Notes: generated from the letters alone by a model not told the origin. A DNA stretch of 64,000 bases from Candidatus Nomurabacteria bacterium (GCA_023898565.1 CP060228.1:776930-840929), one strand, 5' to 3'. Shown: positions 40,901-48,297, counted from the stretch's first letter. A program made the numbers and translations.

Positions 40901-43900
40901 TGGTGCCACGTCGGCAACAGGGGGGGCAGAAAACACGGCGCTGGCTGATCTTGAGAACGGTAGCGCAATCAGGTTGCGTATGCAAATTTCTAATGAGGGA
41001 TCGACGACCTCTGTGCCTCGTCAATATGGGCTGGAATACGGAGTTAAAAGCACCACTTGTGATGCGATTAGTGTTTGGACGGACGTGGATGGCGGTGGGC
41101 TCATTTGGGCAATGAGTGATTCAAGCAATTTGACGCACGGCGCTGACACTACAGATGTTTCTGTTGGTTCAGGAGGTGTCAGTAACCCCGGTGGTAAAAC
41201 ATTTTTAACACCAAATGGAGGGGTGCGTGATATCTCATCATTTTCAGCTACTACCACACTTACGAATAGCCAATTTACAGAATTTGAGTACAGCATCACA
41301 ACGACAGAGGACACGCCATACGAGACTGATTTCTGTTTTCGTTTAACGCAAAATGGATCACCGCTATTGGCTTACACTCAGTACGCAGAACTCAATATTG
41401 AACCAAAGCGCGATTTTAAGATACAGCAGGGAGAATCAATTGTAAGTGGAACCGGTCTCACACTAACTGCGGGAGTCGACTACGAAGCACCAAGTTCTGC
41501 TTCTACTGCTTTTGTTCGGATTACAAATTCACACATGACTGGCGCAGGGCGCGATGCAGCAGGCGGTGCACAAAATGCAGACGACTACGGTGCGTACATC
41601 TCAAATCCAGCAAATCTTACAACGAGTTTTACCATCTCACGCGATACTGACTCAATCAATAATACCTATGTCGCTTGGGAAATTATCGAGTATGTCGGCG
41701 CGGCCGGCGGAGACAATGAAATTATTGTGAGAGACCAAAGCACGCTGAGTCTCGGTACTACCGCAAATACTGCCACTGGTTCCGCGGTGCCAACGGTCGC
41801 TGACGATGCGGATGTTGTGGTGTTCATTACTGGGCAGATGCATCATACCGGTAATCGAACTGAGACGTATTCCCACCAGTTCACATCAACGTGGAGCGCA
41901 GGTTCTGGTGAGCCAACGTTTGAGCGCGGAGATAATGGTGGTAATGCGGCAGAAGTGAGCTATGCGGTAGTAGAGTTTACTGGCCTCAATTGGAAAGTGC
42001 AGCGCACTGAGCACAATTACGCTGCCGCCGGAGTGACAGAAACTGAACCAATTACTGCAGTAAATAGTCTTGGACGAACATTTATACATGCACAAAAGCG
42101 ATACACAGCAGTTAGCGGCATTGGTAATGTGGGGCACGAAGTCTGGCTCTCGAGTATTGGAGCGGTTTCGTTTGAGGTCAACAATCTGGCAACAATCACA
42201 GGGGTGACACACACCTCCGTTGCCTGGATTATTGAAAATACTCAAACCGGAACTGGTGCCATGTCTGTGCAGCGTAGTTCTGGTAATACTACGGGTGGAA
42301 CGGAGCCTGTTCTTATTTCACTACCTATTTCTACGAGTCTCAACTCTGTAAATAATGCTTCTATCTTTGTCACGACAGACGTTAATCAAACGGGAGACAC
42401 GATGCCCCGACCAATTGCCGGTGCCTTCATCACATCAACTTCTACCTACCAGCTTTGGCGCAGTGAAGCCTCTGGCGGTGGTGTTTTGAGCTATCGTACG
42501 GAGATTGTGCAATGGCCGGCAGCTGACCTCGCCATTCGGCAAAACTATTACCGTCTGTATGCGGATAATGATGACCTTACCCCCTCCGATCCGTGGCCAA
42601 TTGGTGCGTACGACTTGGGTGAAAATGCTCCCATTACTGCTGTCGATGAGCCGCCGGCGGATGGTGGACATATTCGAGTACGTATGACGTTGCAAATTGC
42701 AAACGCAACACTGCCAAGTGGGTTCTTGACTACGAAACTACAATACGGTGAGCTAGAAACGACTTGTTCTGCTGTTTCTGTCTGGAGCGATGTGGGGGCA
42801 GCTGGAAGTGGTGCTATCTGGAGAGGATACGATGCTGCAGGAATAGTTGATGGCGCTTCTTTGTCTGGTAATCCACCGACTGGTGGTGATTTGCTTATCT
42901 CAGTGGCTGATCGAGCGGGTCGCTACACTGAAAGTAACCCTAGCTCTGCAAACCAGTATGCAACTTTGCGAACTGAGGATATTGAATATGATTGGCACAT
43001 TGAACACAACGGGGCTCCACAGCGTACAACGTATTGTTTTCGCATGGTTAAGGCGGATGATACTGAACTAGACGGATATTTTTATTACCCACAAATTCGC
43101 ACTGAAGGGTATAGTCCTGCAACGCAGAATTGGCGTTGGTATGATGACGAGACAAACGAAACCCCTTCGCTCGCACTTGCTGCCGAAAATGTTACGCCAA
43201 CCGGTCTGCCTGACCAGAATGAAATAAAACTTCGCATCAGCTTGACTGAGCTTAAGAATCTGTCGCAACTAAATGCCCGCTTCAAGTTGCAATATTCTGA
43301 GTCGCCAAACTTTGGCATTGCGTATGACTTGTCTGCGACCACATCGTGTACAGCCAGCTCCTTGTGGTGTTACGCTGACGGTGCAGGGGTCGATACTGCA
43401 CTCATCACTACAAGCGTGCTTAGTGACAGTGACGGCTGTGTCGCAGGGGTTGGTGATGGTTGTGGTACACATAACGAAGCAGGATACGCAGTAAATGGTT
43501 TTACCCATTATGGCAACAGAACGATTGAAAATGAGTTTACGATTAAATATAGCAGCGCCACGCGCAACTTCGGTAAAGTGTATTACTTTAGGTTATACGA
43601 CGTCACCAACGATGAGCCTGTCGCAGTGAATAATGGCTACACGATTCCCTCAATCGGAGTTGATCCAACATCACTCACGTTATCGGTTAACGGTGTCAAC
43701 AGCGGAACGTCTATCGCAGGAATCACAACTGACGTGACGACTACCGCAACGGGCGTGGATTTCGGCTCTTTGCCAGTCGGGAGCTCAGTAGCTGCGGCAC
43801 AGGATATTGATGTGAGCACCAATGCGACGGAAGGGTATCAACTACTTGTATTCAATACACAAGGATTATTAAATTCATACGGTGATGCAATCAATCCAAT

Positions 43901-44183
43901 AGCAAGTACTAATGCGGCCCCGCAGGGTTGGACAGCGGCTTGTGATGGTTCGACGGGTTGCTTTGGTTATCACACTACTGACGCCACTTTATGGGGAGGC
44001 TCAACCAGGTTTGCTCCGATAGACTCCTACGCACCATTAAGTACAAGTCCAGAAGAGATTATGTATAACTCAGCCTCGAGTAGCGAAAGTCACTCAATTA
44101 TTTATCGTGTGAGCGTTACTCCCGATCAACCAGCGGGCGACTATACGGCTGATTTGCAGTACATTGTGATTCCAGTCTTTTAA
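37992..44183 (+). CDS. Large surface protein (2,063 aa) with an N-terminal BNR/Asp-box beta-propeller, four copies of the 'WRxDDG...YCFR' domain, an internal tandem duplication of about 1 kb and a C-terminal WxL-like domain
   Basis: The N-terminus has a signal/TM. BNR motifs are 'SNGGTSWG' and 'SGGSWTN'. The WR...CFR repeats are 'YHWRNDDN...GYCFRLT', 'YHWRYDDGDE...DFCFRLT', '...TYCFRMV' and 'WRWYDDE...YYFRLY'. The C-terminus is 'GDYTADLQYIVIPVF'. Confidence 0.85.
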   Translation: MLWRKRFWSRCIVPVAGLLLALVWVEAIRFAVPLDRLISVFTLVQAAEVTIDSAVSTTPTEHHILGSQTVFVSDQVGYKFYTNSNGTCVYNKTSNGGTSWGTEVTFDSQTDCWGVVVWYDQWTAGDTGNYIHIISADSSSDVVWYNRLDTTSDTLLLGSTPVNVSSNSGQTGTLATAANNPSITKATNGVLYIAIADNTDSYVVECSASCGSATSWTETGTNPMDLQPDKSLILPLADGDIILIQRDRSADDMRSKIWDDSAGTWSGTWTIIDANAIENSTYDPSFAAMADPDSGDIFLVYIDNGTTGAIGGGNDNIRTAKYSGGSWTNTANVVTNSAMGLTKLSMAMDGNNSEIYVAFSARVTPGTANTANIYWATSTAAMSSWGSVQGPVNSTPDDMYGVDLNNYNKERIYVSWYQPAIDDILGDTIANISPITVVSSFGTQSSEVRASSTDTYIGGGFAIVENSASRNVTDIIISENGSVDAANALDNIKLYYDLDTSAPYDCASESYSGTESQFGSTDTNGFSGADGVSAFTGSVGISPTTAMCVYVVMDVLKVAVDGSTLDVEISNPATDVLVSGSVTAVPPTAQQIGGTTNIVDSDLTQTHYHWRNDDNIELLATSRTGGAEDIPLTALQKETPVRLRFGVSNEGSTTTLPTTLRLEYATNPSVCSAATGWTDIDVVDDAWNLYDSTYVVNGTDTTDISVASGGVDNENSVFLTPNGGQLDTSSETGSLAFLPTNWTEVEYAIVASSSAQEGDGYCFRLTNAGEPLPQYNTYPSAVIAADVRVRATSTQIAAADIPADNVYLGGAFTITENSSARTVSGITITENGTVDASAGLANIRLYYDLDTSAPYDCASESYSGTEFQYGATSSAFSAANGTSTFSDAVGITTTQTMCVYVVADVTETAQNGENINILLASPATDIVVSGGGTVSPSTPLDINGSTTLAGAIVTQTGYHWRYDDGDETSSGATSATGGAENTALADLENGSAIRLRMQISNEGSTTSVPRQYGLEYGVKSTTCDAISVWTDVDGGGLIWAMSDSSNLTHGADTTDVSVGSGGVSNPGGKTFLTPNGGVRDISSFSATTTLTNSQFTEFEYSITTTEDTPYETDFCFRLTQNGSPLLAYTQYAELNIEPKRDFKIQQGESIVSGTGLTLTAGVDYEAPSSASTAFVRITNSHMTGAGRDAAGGAQNADDYGAYISNPANLTTSFTISRDTDSINNTYVAWEIIEYVGAAGGDNEIIVRDQSTLSLGTTANTATGSAVPTVADDADVVVFITGQMHHTGNRTETYSHQFTSTWSAGSGEPTFERGDNGGNAAEVSYAVVEFTGLNWKVQRTEHNYAAAGVTETEPITAVNSLGRTFIHAQKRYTAVSGIGNVGHEVWLSSIGAVSFEVNNLATITGVTHTSVAWIIENTQTGTGAMSVQRSSGNTTGGTEPVLISLPISTSLNSVNNASIFVTTDVNQTGDTMPRPIAGAFITSTSTYQLWRSEASGGGVLSYRTEIVQWPAADLAIRQNYYRLYADNDDLTPSDPWPIGAYDLGENAPITAVDEPPADGGHIRVRMTLQIANATLPSGFLTTKLQYGELETTCSAVSVWSDVGAAGSGAIWRGYDAAGIVDGASLSGNPPTGGDLLISVADRAGRYTESNPSSANQYATLRTEDIEYDWHIEHNGAPQRTTYCFRMVKADDTELDGYFYYPQIRTEGYSPATQNWRWYDDETNETPSLALAAENVTPTGLPDQNEIKLRISLTELKNLSQLNARFKLQYSESPNFGIAYDLSATTSCTASSLWCYADGAGVDTALITTSVLSDSDGCVAGVGDGCGTHNEAGYAVNGFTHYGNRTIENEFTIKYSSATRNFGKVYYFRLYDVTNDEPVAVNNGYTIPSIGVDPTSLTLSVNGVNSGTSIAGITTDVTTTATGVDFGSLPVGSSVAAAQDIDVSTNATEGYQLLVFNTQGLLNSYGDAINPIASTNAAPQGWTAACDGSTGCFGYHTTDATLWGGSTRFAPIDSYAPLSTSPEEIMYNSASSSESHSIIYRVSVTPDQPAGDYTADLQYIVIPVF
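39363..41400 (+). repeat. Intragenic tandem duplication (2 units of about 1.05 kb) in the 2,063-aa gene, including a 54-bp identical stretch at 39483-39536 and 40536-40589
   Basis: 'ctcgacaccagcgcgccgtacgattgtgcgagtgaatcatacagcggtactgaa' occurs twice. The flanking peptides 'GGFAIVENSASRNVTDIIISENGSVDAANALDNIKLYYDLDTSAPYDCASESYSGTE' and 'GGAFTITENSSARTVSGITITENGTVDASAGLANIRLYYDLDTSAPYDCASESYSGTE' are colinear. Confidence 0.85.
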
Positions 44184-44195
44184 TGAATAAATGGT

Positions 44196-45212
44196 ATGAT
44201 TAAGACTAAGATGAAAAGAGGGTTCACTCAATTTCTAAATGCCATTACGATTGCGTTGGTCATATTTCCTTTAGCATCACAAGCATCTGATGTGACTGTT
44301 CGTCCATTTCTTATAGACCGAACGCTTTTACCTCGAGACACAGCAACGGAAACAATCACTATTAAAAGCGATTACGATATTCGAAAAGCTGTTCTTTTTG
44401 CAACGGTCAATGAGATTACTCTAGACTCTGAGGGGGAAATTAAAGAGTTTGTTTCTCCAGTAATGACCGATCGAACCAACACTATTACTAGTTGGATCGA
44501 GGTGTCCCGTGGTCGAATTGAAGTCCCGCCGGGTGAGACTGTTGAAGTTCCACTGACCGTACGAGTACATCCACAAGCTCAGCCAGGTGAGTACACGGCA
44601 TTTATTGGGTTGGTTGAAGCGGCAAATCGAGACAAGGCGGAAGCCATTGCTCTGGCTGGTGAAGCGAAGGGTGTATTACTTAAAGTGACAGTGAGTGATC
44701 AGCGTAAGGAAACAATGAGCATTACCAGCTTTATGATTAATCGATTCGTGACTGGTGAAGCTCGGAAGAAAATTGAGATTAGTGTTGAAAATAAGGGTGA
44801 TATCACCTCTGCACCAGCCGGAGAAATTATATTTTACGATTCTCGGGGGAGAGAAGTTGATTCTGTTACGGTAAAGGGAGAAGCTATCAATCCTGGTGAA
44901 ATGGGCACGCTTACTAGTGTTGTTCCTCTTTCTGAAAAATTGGGTCGCTTCAAGGCGAATGTGACCTTGCATTATGGTGACACACAGCAAGCCTCATTGT
45001 TTGATACCACATACTTTTATCTTGTGCCGATGTATCCACTGTTAATGCTGTTTGGCATTGTACTACTCATTTCAATTGCGATTGCTTTGATGTTTAGACG
45101 CGCATTCTTTAGTCACGAATCACCTGATGATTACCATGAAGTAACCATGTATGTTCGTGACGGACACGAACCTAACCCGCAAGATCATGACATCGACCTT
45201 AAACAAAACTAG
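44196..45212 (+). CDS. CscA-like (DUF916/DUF3324-like) cell-surface protein with a C-terminal TM anchor
   Basis: The signal peptide is followed by 'DVTVRPFLIDRT...'. The motif 'QPGEYTAFIGLVEA' is present. The C-terminal TM is 'LLMLFGIVLLISIAIALMFRR'. Confidence 0.55.
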   Translation: MIKTKMKRGFTQFLNAITIALVIFPLASQASDVTVRPFLIDRTLLPRDTATETITIKSDYDIRKAVLFATVNEITLDSEGEIKEFVSPVMTDRTNTITSWIEVSRGRIEVPPGETVEVPLTVRVHPQAQPGEYTAFIGLVEAANRDKAEAIALAGEAKGVLLKVTVSDQRKETMSITSFMINRFVTGEARKKIEISVENKGDITSAPAGEIIFYDSRGREVDSVTVKGEAINPGEMGTLTSVVPLSEKLGRFKANVTLHYGDTQQASLFDTTYFYLVPMYPLLMLFGIVLLISIAIALMFRRAFFSHESPDDYHEVTMYVRDGHEPNPQDHDIDLKQN

Positions 45213-46881
45213 TTCACTGCTAGCCTCGCTGCTATTCTTTTGTGGCATCACGTTTTTTCCTTTTGCGTCAGAAGCGGCGGATGGCTCAGTTACCTTAAGT
45301 GTGTCTCCAACACTCTATGAGATGAGTGCAGATCCAATGCAGGTCTGGACCAGCAATGTGCGAGTCATAAATCCAAATGGTTTTGATTTAGATGTATATG
45401 CACGGGTGGTAAATTTTGAAGCGCAAGATGAAACCGGTCGAGCTAGCTTCTTACCGGTTCTGGACGCGGCAACGACTGAAAACACTCTGGCAGAATGGGT
45501 CCATTTAGATCAGGATTCGTACACTATTCCAGCGGGCCAAACGGTTGAGATTCCGTTTCAAATCTCAATTCCAAAAAGTGCTCCACCCGGAGGTCACTTC
45601 GGAGCGATAATGATTGGAACTCGACCCCTTAGCAATGCGAGTGGTCAAAGCTCAGTAGAAACGTCACAAGTAGTAACGTCGCTCATTTTTTTGCGAGTTA
45701 CTGGTGACGTGGTTGAGAATGGCAGCATTCGTGAGTTCCGTAGCAGTAAGCGCCTCGCTGAAAAACCAGAAATGTCTTTTGAACTACGCTTTGAGAATAC
45801 CGGTAACGTGCACGTATTGCCGCAGGGTGAAATACGCATATTTAATATGTGGGGCCATGAGCGAGGTGTTATACCAGTAAATCGACAAACCATGTTTGGT
45901 AATGTGCTTCCAAATAGTGTTCGAAAGTATAGCTTTAGCTGGTCTGGTGAGTGGTCCTTGGCTGACATTGGAAGATACACTGCCGTTGCCACTTTGGCCT
46001 ACGGTGAAGATGGTCGAAAATTTACTGATGCAGAAACCGCTTTCTGGGTATTGCCTTGGAAAGCTGTTGGCTCTGTGTTGTTGCTTATCTGCAGTTTCTT
46101 CTATTTCTTGACCTGGGCAATTAAACTATACGTTAGAAAAATGCTTAAACTAGCAGGAGTCACTTCCGTAATGTCAGAGCAGCCTGCAGAAATGCACCAG
46201 CAGACAAAGGCGCGCAAACAGGTCGCAGAAGCTGGCAATACTGATACTCGGCATATTCTAACTAACGGGAAGGCGAAGAGGCTTTCTATCGTCGCACCGT
46301 TTGAGGAAGGCATGCTTGACCTTAGAAGTCGTTTCAAAAATTCGGTGACGTGGCGCGAGTACACAAAACAGGCATGGTTTTTTATTACTGCGTACAAAAC
46401 ATTCTTTATTGCTGCTGTGCTGTTTGCTGTCTTTGTTTCACTCGCTTTCTGGTTTTTGGATTCAGTCAAAGAGGAGAGAGGGTTTAATATCACTATCGAT
46501 GGGATTGATCAAAACATCACACTTTCGTCAGAGCAAATGCAATATGAAAACATGCGTAAGGAGTCGCCTGCAACAACTCAAGTAAAAATGAAAGGTACAC
46601 CATCAATAACCGTGATCAATCGTAGTGGTGTGGCAGGATTAGCGGCTGAGTGGAGACTGCGACTGGAACAAGAAGGATATGCGGTGGGGGAACTGAGAAA
46701 TGATCTTGATGCTGCGGAAAGCAAGACGGTCATTGTGTATGAGAGTAGCTATACAGATGAAGCATTAGTCTTGAGTGAACTTCTCCATGGAGCACTGCTT
46801 TCAGCAAACACAAACAGTGATGCAAAGGCAGAACCGTTAATTATTTATATCGGCAATGATTTGCAAAATGCGGTAGAATAA
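45187..46881 (+). CDS. CscA-like (DUF916-like) surface domain fused through two TM helices to a C-terminal LytR_C-like domain
   Basis: The DUF916-like motif is 'PPGGHFGAIMIGTRP'. The TMs are 'VLLLICSFFYFLTWAI' and 'FFIAAVLFAVFVSLAFWFL'. The C-terminal block 'ITVINRSGVAGLAAEWRLRLEQEGYAVGELRN...TVIVY' resembles LytR_C. The start at 45187 (MTSTLNK) overlaps the upstream gene by 26 nt. Confidence 0.55.
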   Translation: MTSTLNKTSSLLASLLFFCGITFFPFASEAADGSVTLSVSPTLYEMSADPMQVWTSNVRVINPNGFDLDVYARVVNFEAQDETGRASFLPVLDAATTENTLAEWVHLDQDSYTIPAGQTVEIPFQISIPKSAPPGGHFGAIMIGTRPLSNASGQSSVETSQVVTSLIFLRVTGDVVENGSIREFRSSKRLAEKPEMSFELRFENTGNVHVLPQGEIRIFNMWGHERGVIPVNRQTMFGNVLPNSVRKYSFSWSGEWSLADIGRYTAVATLAYGEDGRKFTDAETAFWVLPWKAVGSVLLLICSFFYFLTWAIKLYVRKMLKLAGVTSVMSEQPAEMHQQTKARKQVAEAGNTDTRHILTNGKAKRLSIVAPFEEGMLDLRSRFKNSVTWREYTKQAWFFITAYKTFFIAAVLFAVFVSLAFWFLDSVKEERGFNITIDGIDQNITLSSEQMQYENMRKESPATTQVKMKGTPSITVINRSGVAGLAAEWRLRLEQEGYAVGELRNDLDAAESKTVIVYESSYTDEALVLSELLHGALLSANTNSDAKAEPLIIYIGNDLQNAVE

Positions 46882-46910
46882 GAAGAATTATTAGTGTAAG
46901 TAAAACTACT

Positions 46911-47390
46911 ATGAGTCAAAAAACAATCATTCTCATCGTGACACTCTTTGTGCTCATTATCATTGGGATGTTTAGTTATGCACATCTAAAGAAAGTAGAA
47001 CTTGAAGCGGTGCCGACGCCAAGCGAGGAAGAACAAGCTCCTTCTGTCCCGTATCCAAACATTACACGTATTGATGCGAAACACTATTTTATTGATGGCG
47101 TTCATACACTCGTGGGTGAAATTGAAATGCCAACGCCGTGTGATTTAGTGGAATCTTCTGCACTTGTTATGGAGTCGTATCCTGAACAGGTTATGGTTGA
47201 TTTTACCGTGATAAACAATGCGGACATATGTACGCAGGTTATTACTGCACAGCGCTTTAAAGTAGCTTTTCAAGCCTCGGAAAACGCTTCAATAAAAGCA
47301 GTTTTTATGGGTAGAGAAGTTACTCTCAACCTTATTCCAGCTGCCGCAGGCGAAACACCTGACGAATTTGAATTATTCATTAAGGGGTAA
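46911..47390 (+). CDS. N-terminally anchored hypothetical extracytoplasmic protein (159 aa)
   Basis: The TM is 'IILIVTLFVLIIIGMF'. No known motif was found. It is immediately followed by the next gene (TAAATG). Confidence 0.55.
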   Translation: MSQKTIILIVTLFVLIIIGMFSYAHLKKVELEAVPTPSEEEQAPSVPYPNITRIDAKHYFIDGVHTLVGEIEMPTPCDLVESSALVMESYPEQVMVDFTVINNADICTQVITAQRFKVAFQASENASIKAVFMGREVTLNLIPAAAGETPDEFELFIKG

Positions 47391-47954
47391 ATGGTGACCA
47401 AAGAACGAGAACGAGCAGTTACGCTTGGAGCGATGTTAGTCGTCCTGGTTATTGCGTTGACATACACTGCCTATACTGTCTTAAAGGTGAAACAGGCGGA
47501 AAGAGCAGACAATCCAGCAGCACACGCCTTTAGCAACAAGGAGGGTCAAACTCCATACACAGACCTACAGGGAAATGCTGTGACTCTAGATACGTATGTC
47601 GGTGATGTTATTGTTGCCAATTCGTGGGCGAGCTGGAGTCCAAAATCAGCAACAGAGTTGCCACGCCTAGTCTCGATTGCAGATGAATTCAGAGAAGAAG
47701 GAATTGTCATCATTGCTGTTAATAGAGCAGAGCCTAGATCCACGGCAGAAAGATTTTTACGATCAATTGGCGTCTCGGGTGACGTAAAGCTTGTTCTGGA
47801 TCCAGATGATCGATATTACGAATCAATTGAAGGCTATGCTATGCCGGAAACCTTAATATACGACCGACAAGGTCAGGTAGTTTTTCACCAGCATGGCAGC
47901 ATTTCCACTGAAGTGTTACGTGCAAATATTAGAAGGGCGATTGAAGCTGAGTAG
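47391..47954 (+). CDS. Membrane-anchored thioredoxin-fold (TlpA/ResA-like) protein with a degenerate active site (CxxC replaced by SPKS)
   Basis: 'VIVANSWASWSPKSATELPRL' aligns to the canonical 'WASWCGPC' redoxin motif with both cysteines lost. It has an N-terminal TM. Confidence 0.6.
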   Translation: MVTKERERAVTLGAMLVVLVIALTYTAYTVLKVKQAERADNPAAHAFSNKEGQTPYTDLQGNAVTLDTYVGDVIVANSWASWSPKSATELPRLVSIADEFREEGIVIIAVNRAEPRSTAERFLRSIGVSGDVKLVLDPDDRYYESIEGYAMPETLIYDRQGQVVFHQHGSISTEVLRANIRRAIEAE

Positions 47955-48030
47955 CTTTACACTAACTAAAAAGTTTGTCATGATATAAAAGGGCAAGAGG
48001 CCAACCTGCGATTACTCTCAATATACTGAG

Positions 48031-48062
48031 AACTCCTTCTGTCGAGAAGGAGTTTGTAATCG
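48031..48062 (+). terminator. Rho-independent terminator
   Basis: The 10-bp stem AACTCCTTCT / AGAAGGAGTT has loop GTCGAG and is followed by TTGTAAT. Confidence 0.7.
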
Positions 48063-48075
48063 CAACAAGCAATCT

Positions 48076-48225
48076 ATGTTTCGAGCAGTTGGCTTTTTGA
48101 TAGTACTTTGGGGATTATCACAGTTCTTTTCCTCAGCTTTTGCAGCGGCGGATGACGCAGCTCGTGAATCATTCAAACTCATTGAACGAGCAGCAGTTGT
48201 CACACAAGCAAAAATTGGAGATTAG
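48076..48225 (+). CDS. Putative small secreted peptide (49 aa) that is below the 60-aa ORF-track cut-off
   Basis: It encodes MFRAVGFLIVLWGLSQFFSSAFAAADDAARESFKLIERAAVVTQAKIGD, which has a signal-peptide-like N-terminus with AFA|A. Terminator hairpins flank it on both sides (48031-48062 and 48235-48262). Confidence 0.35.
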   Translation: MFRAVGFLIVLWGLSQFFSSAFAAADDAARESFKLIERAAVVTQAKIGD

Positions 48226-48234
48226 CAAACATCT

Positions 48235-48262
48235 GGCTTCTGCTTTCCGCAGGAGCCTTTTT
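48235..48262 (+). terminator. Rho-independent terminator
   Basis: The stem GGCTTCTGC / GCAGGAGCC (one G.U pair) has loop TTTCC and is followed by TTTTT. Confidence 0.65.
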
Positions 48263-48297
48263 GCATGAGGCAGAGATGCTGTATACTAATATACAAC

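Noticed and set aside
48009-48068. tRNA-like multi-stem structure (outer 8-bp stem GCGATTAC/GTAATCGC enclosing two hairpins)
   Set aside because: The stem lengths (5 and 10 bp) and the missing arms do not fit a tRNA cloverleaf. The 10-bp hairpin plus T-rich tail is better explained as the terminator of the upstream gene.
48018-48203. 61-aa minus-strand ORF in the 47955-48297 intergenic region
   Set aside because: It overlaps the + strand 49-aa ORF, which has the better signal-peptide-like N-terminus and terminators on both sides. Neither is certain, and the + ORF is favoured.
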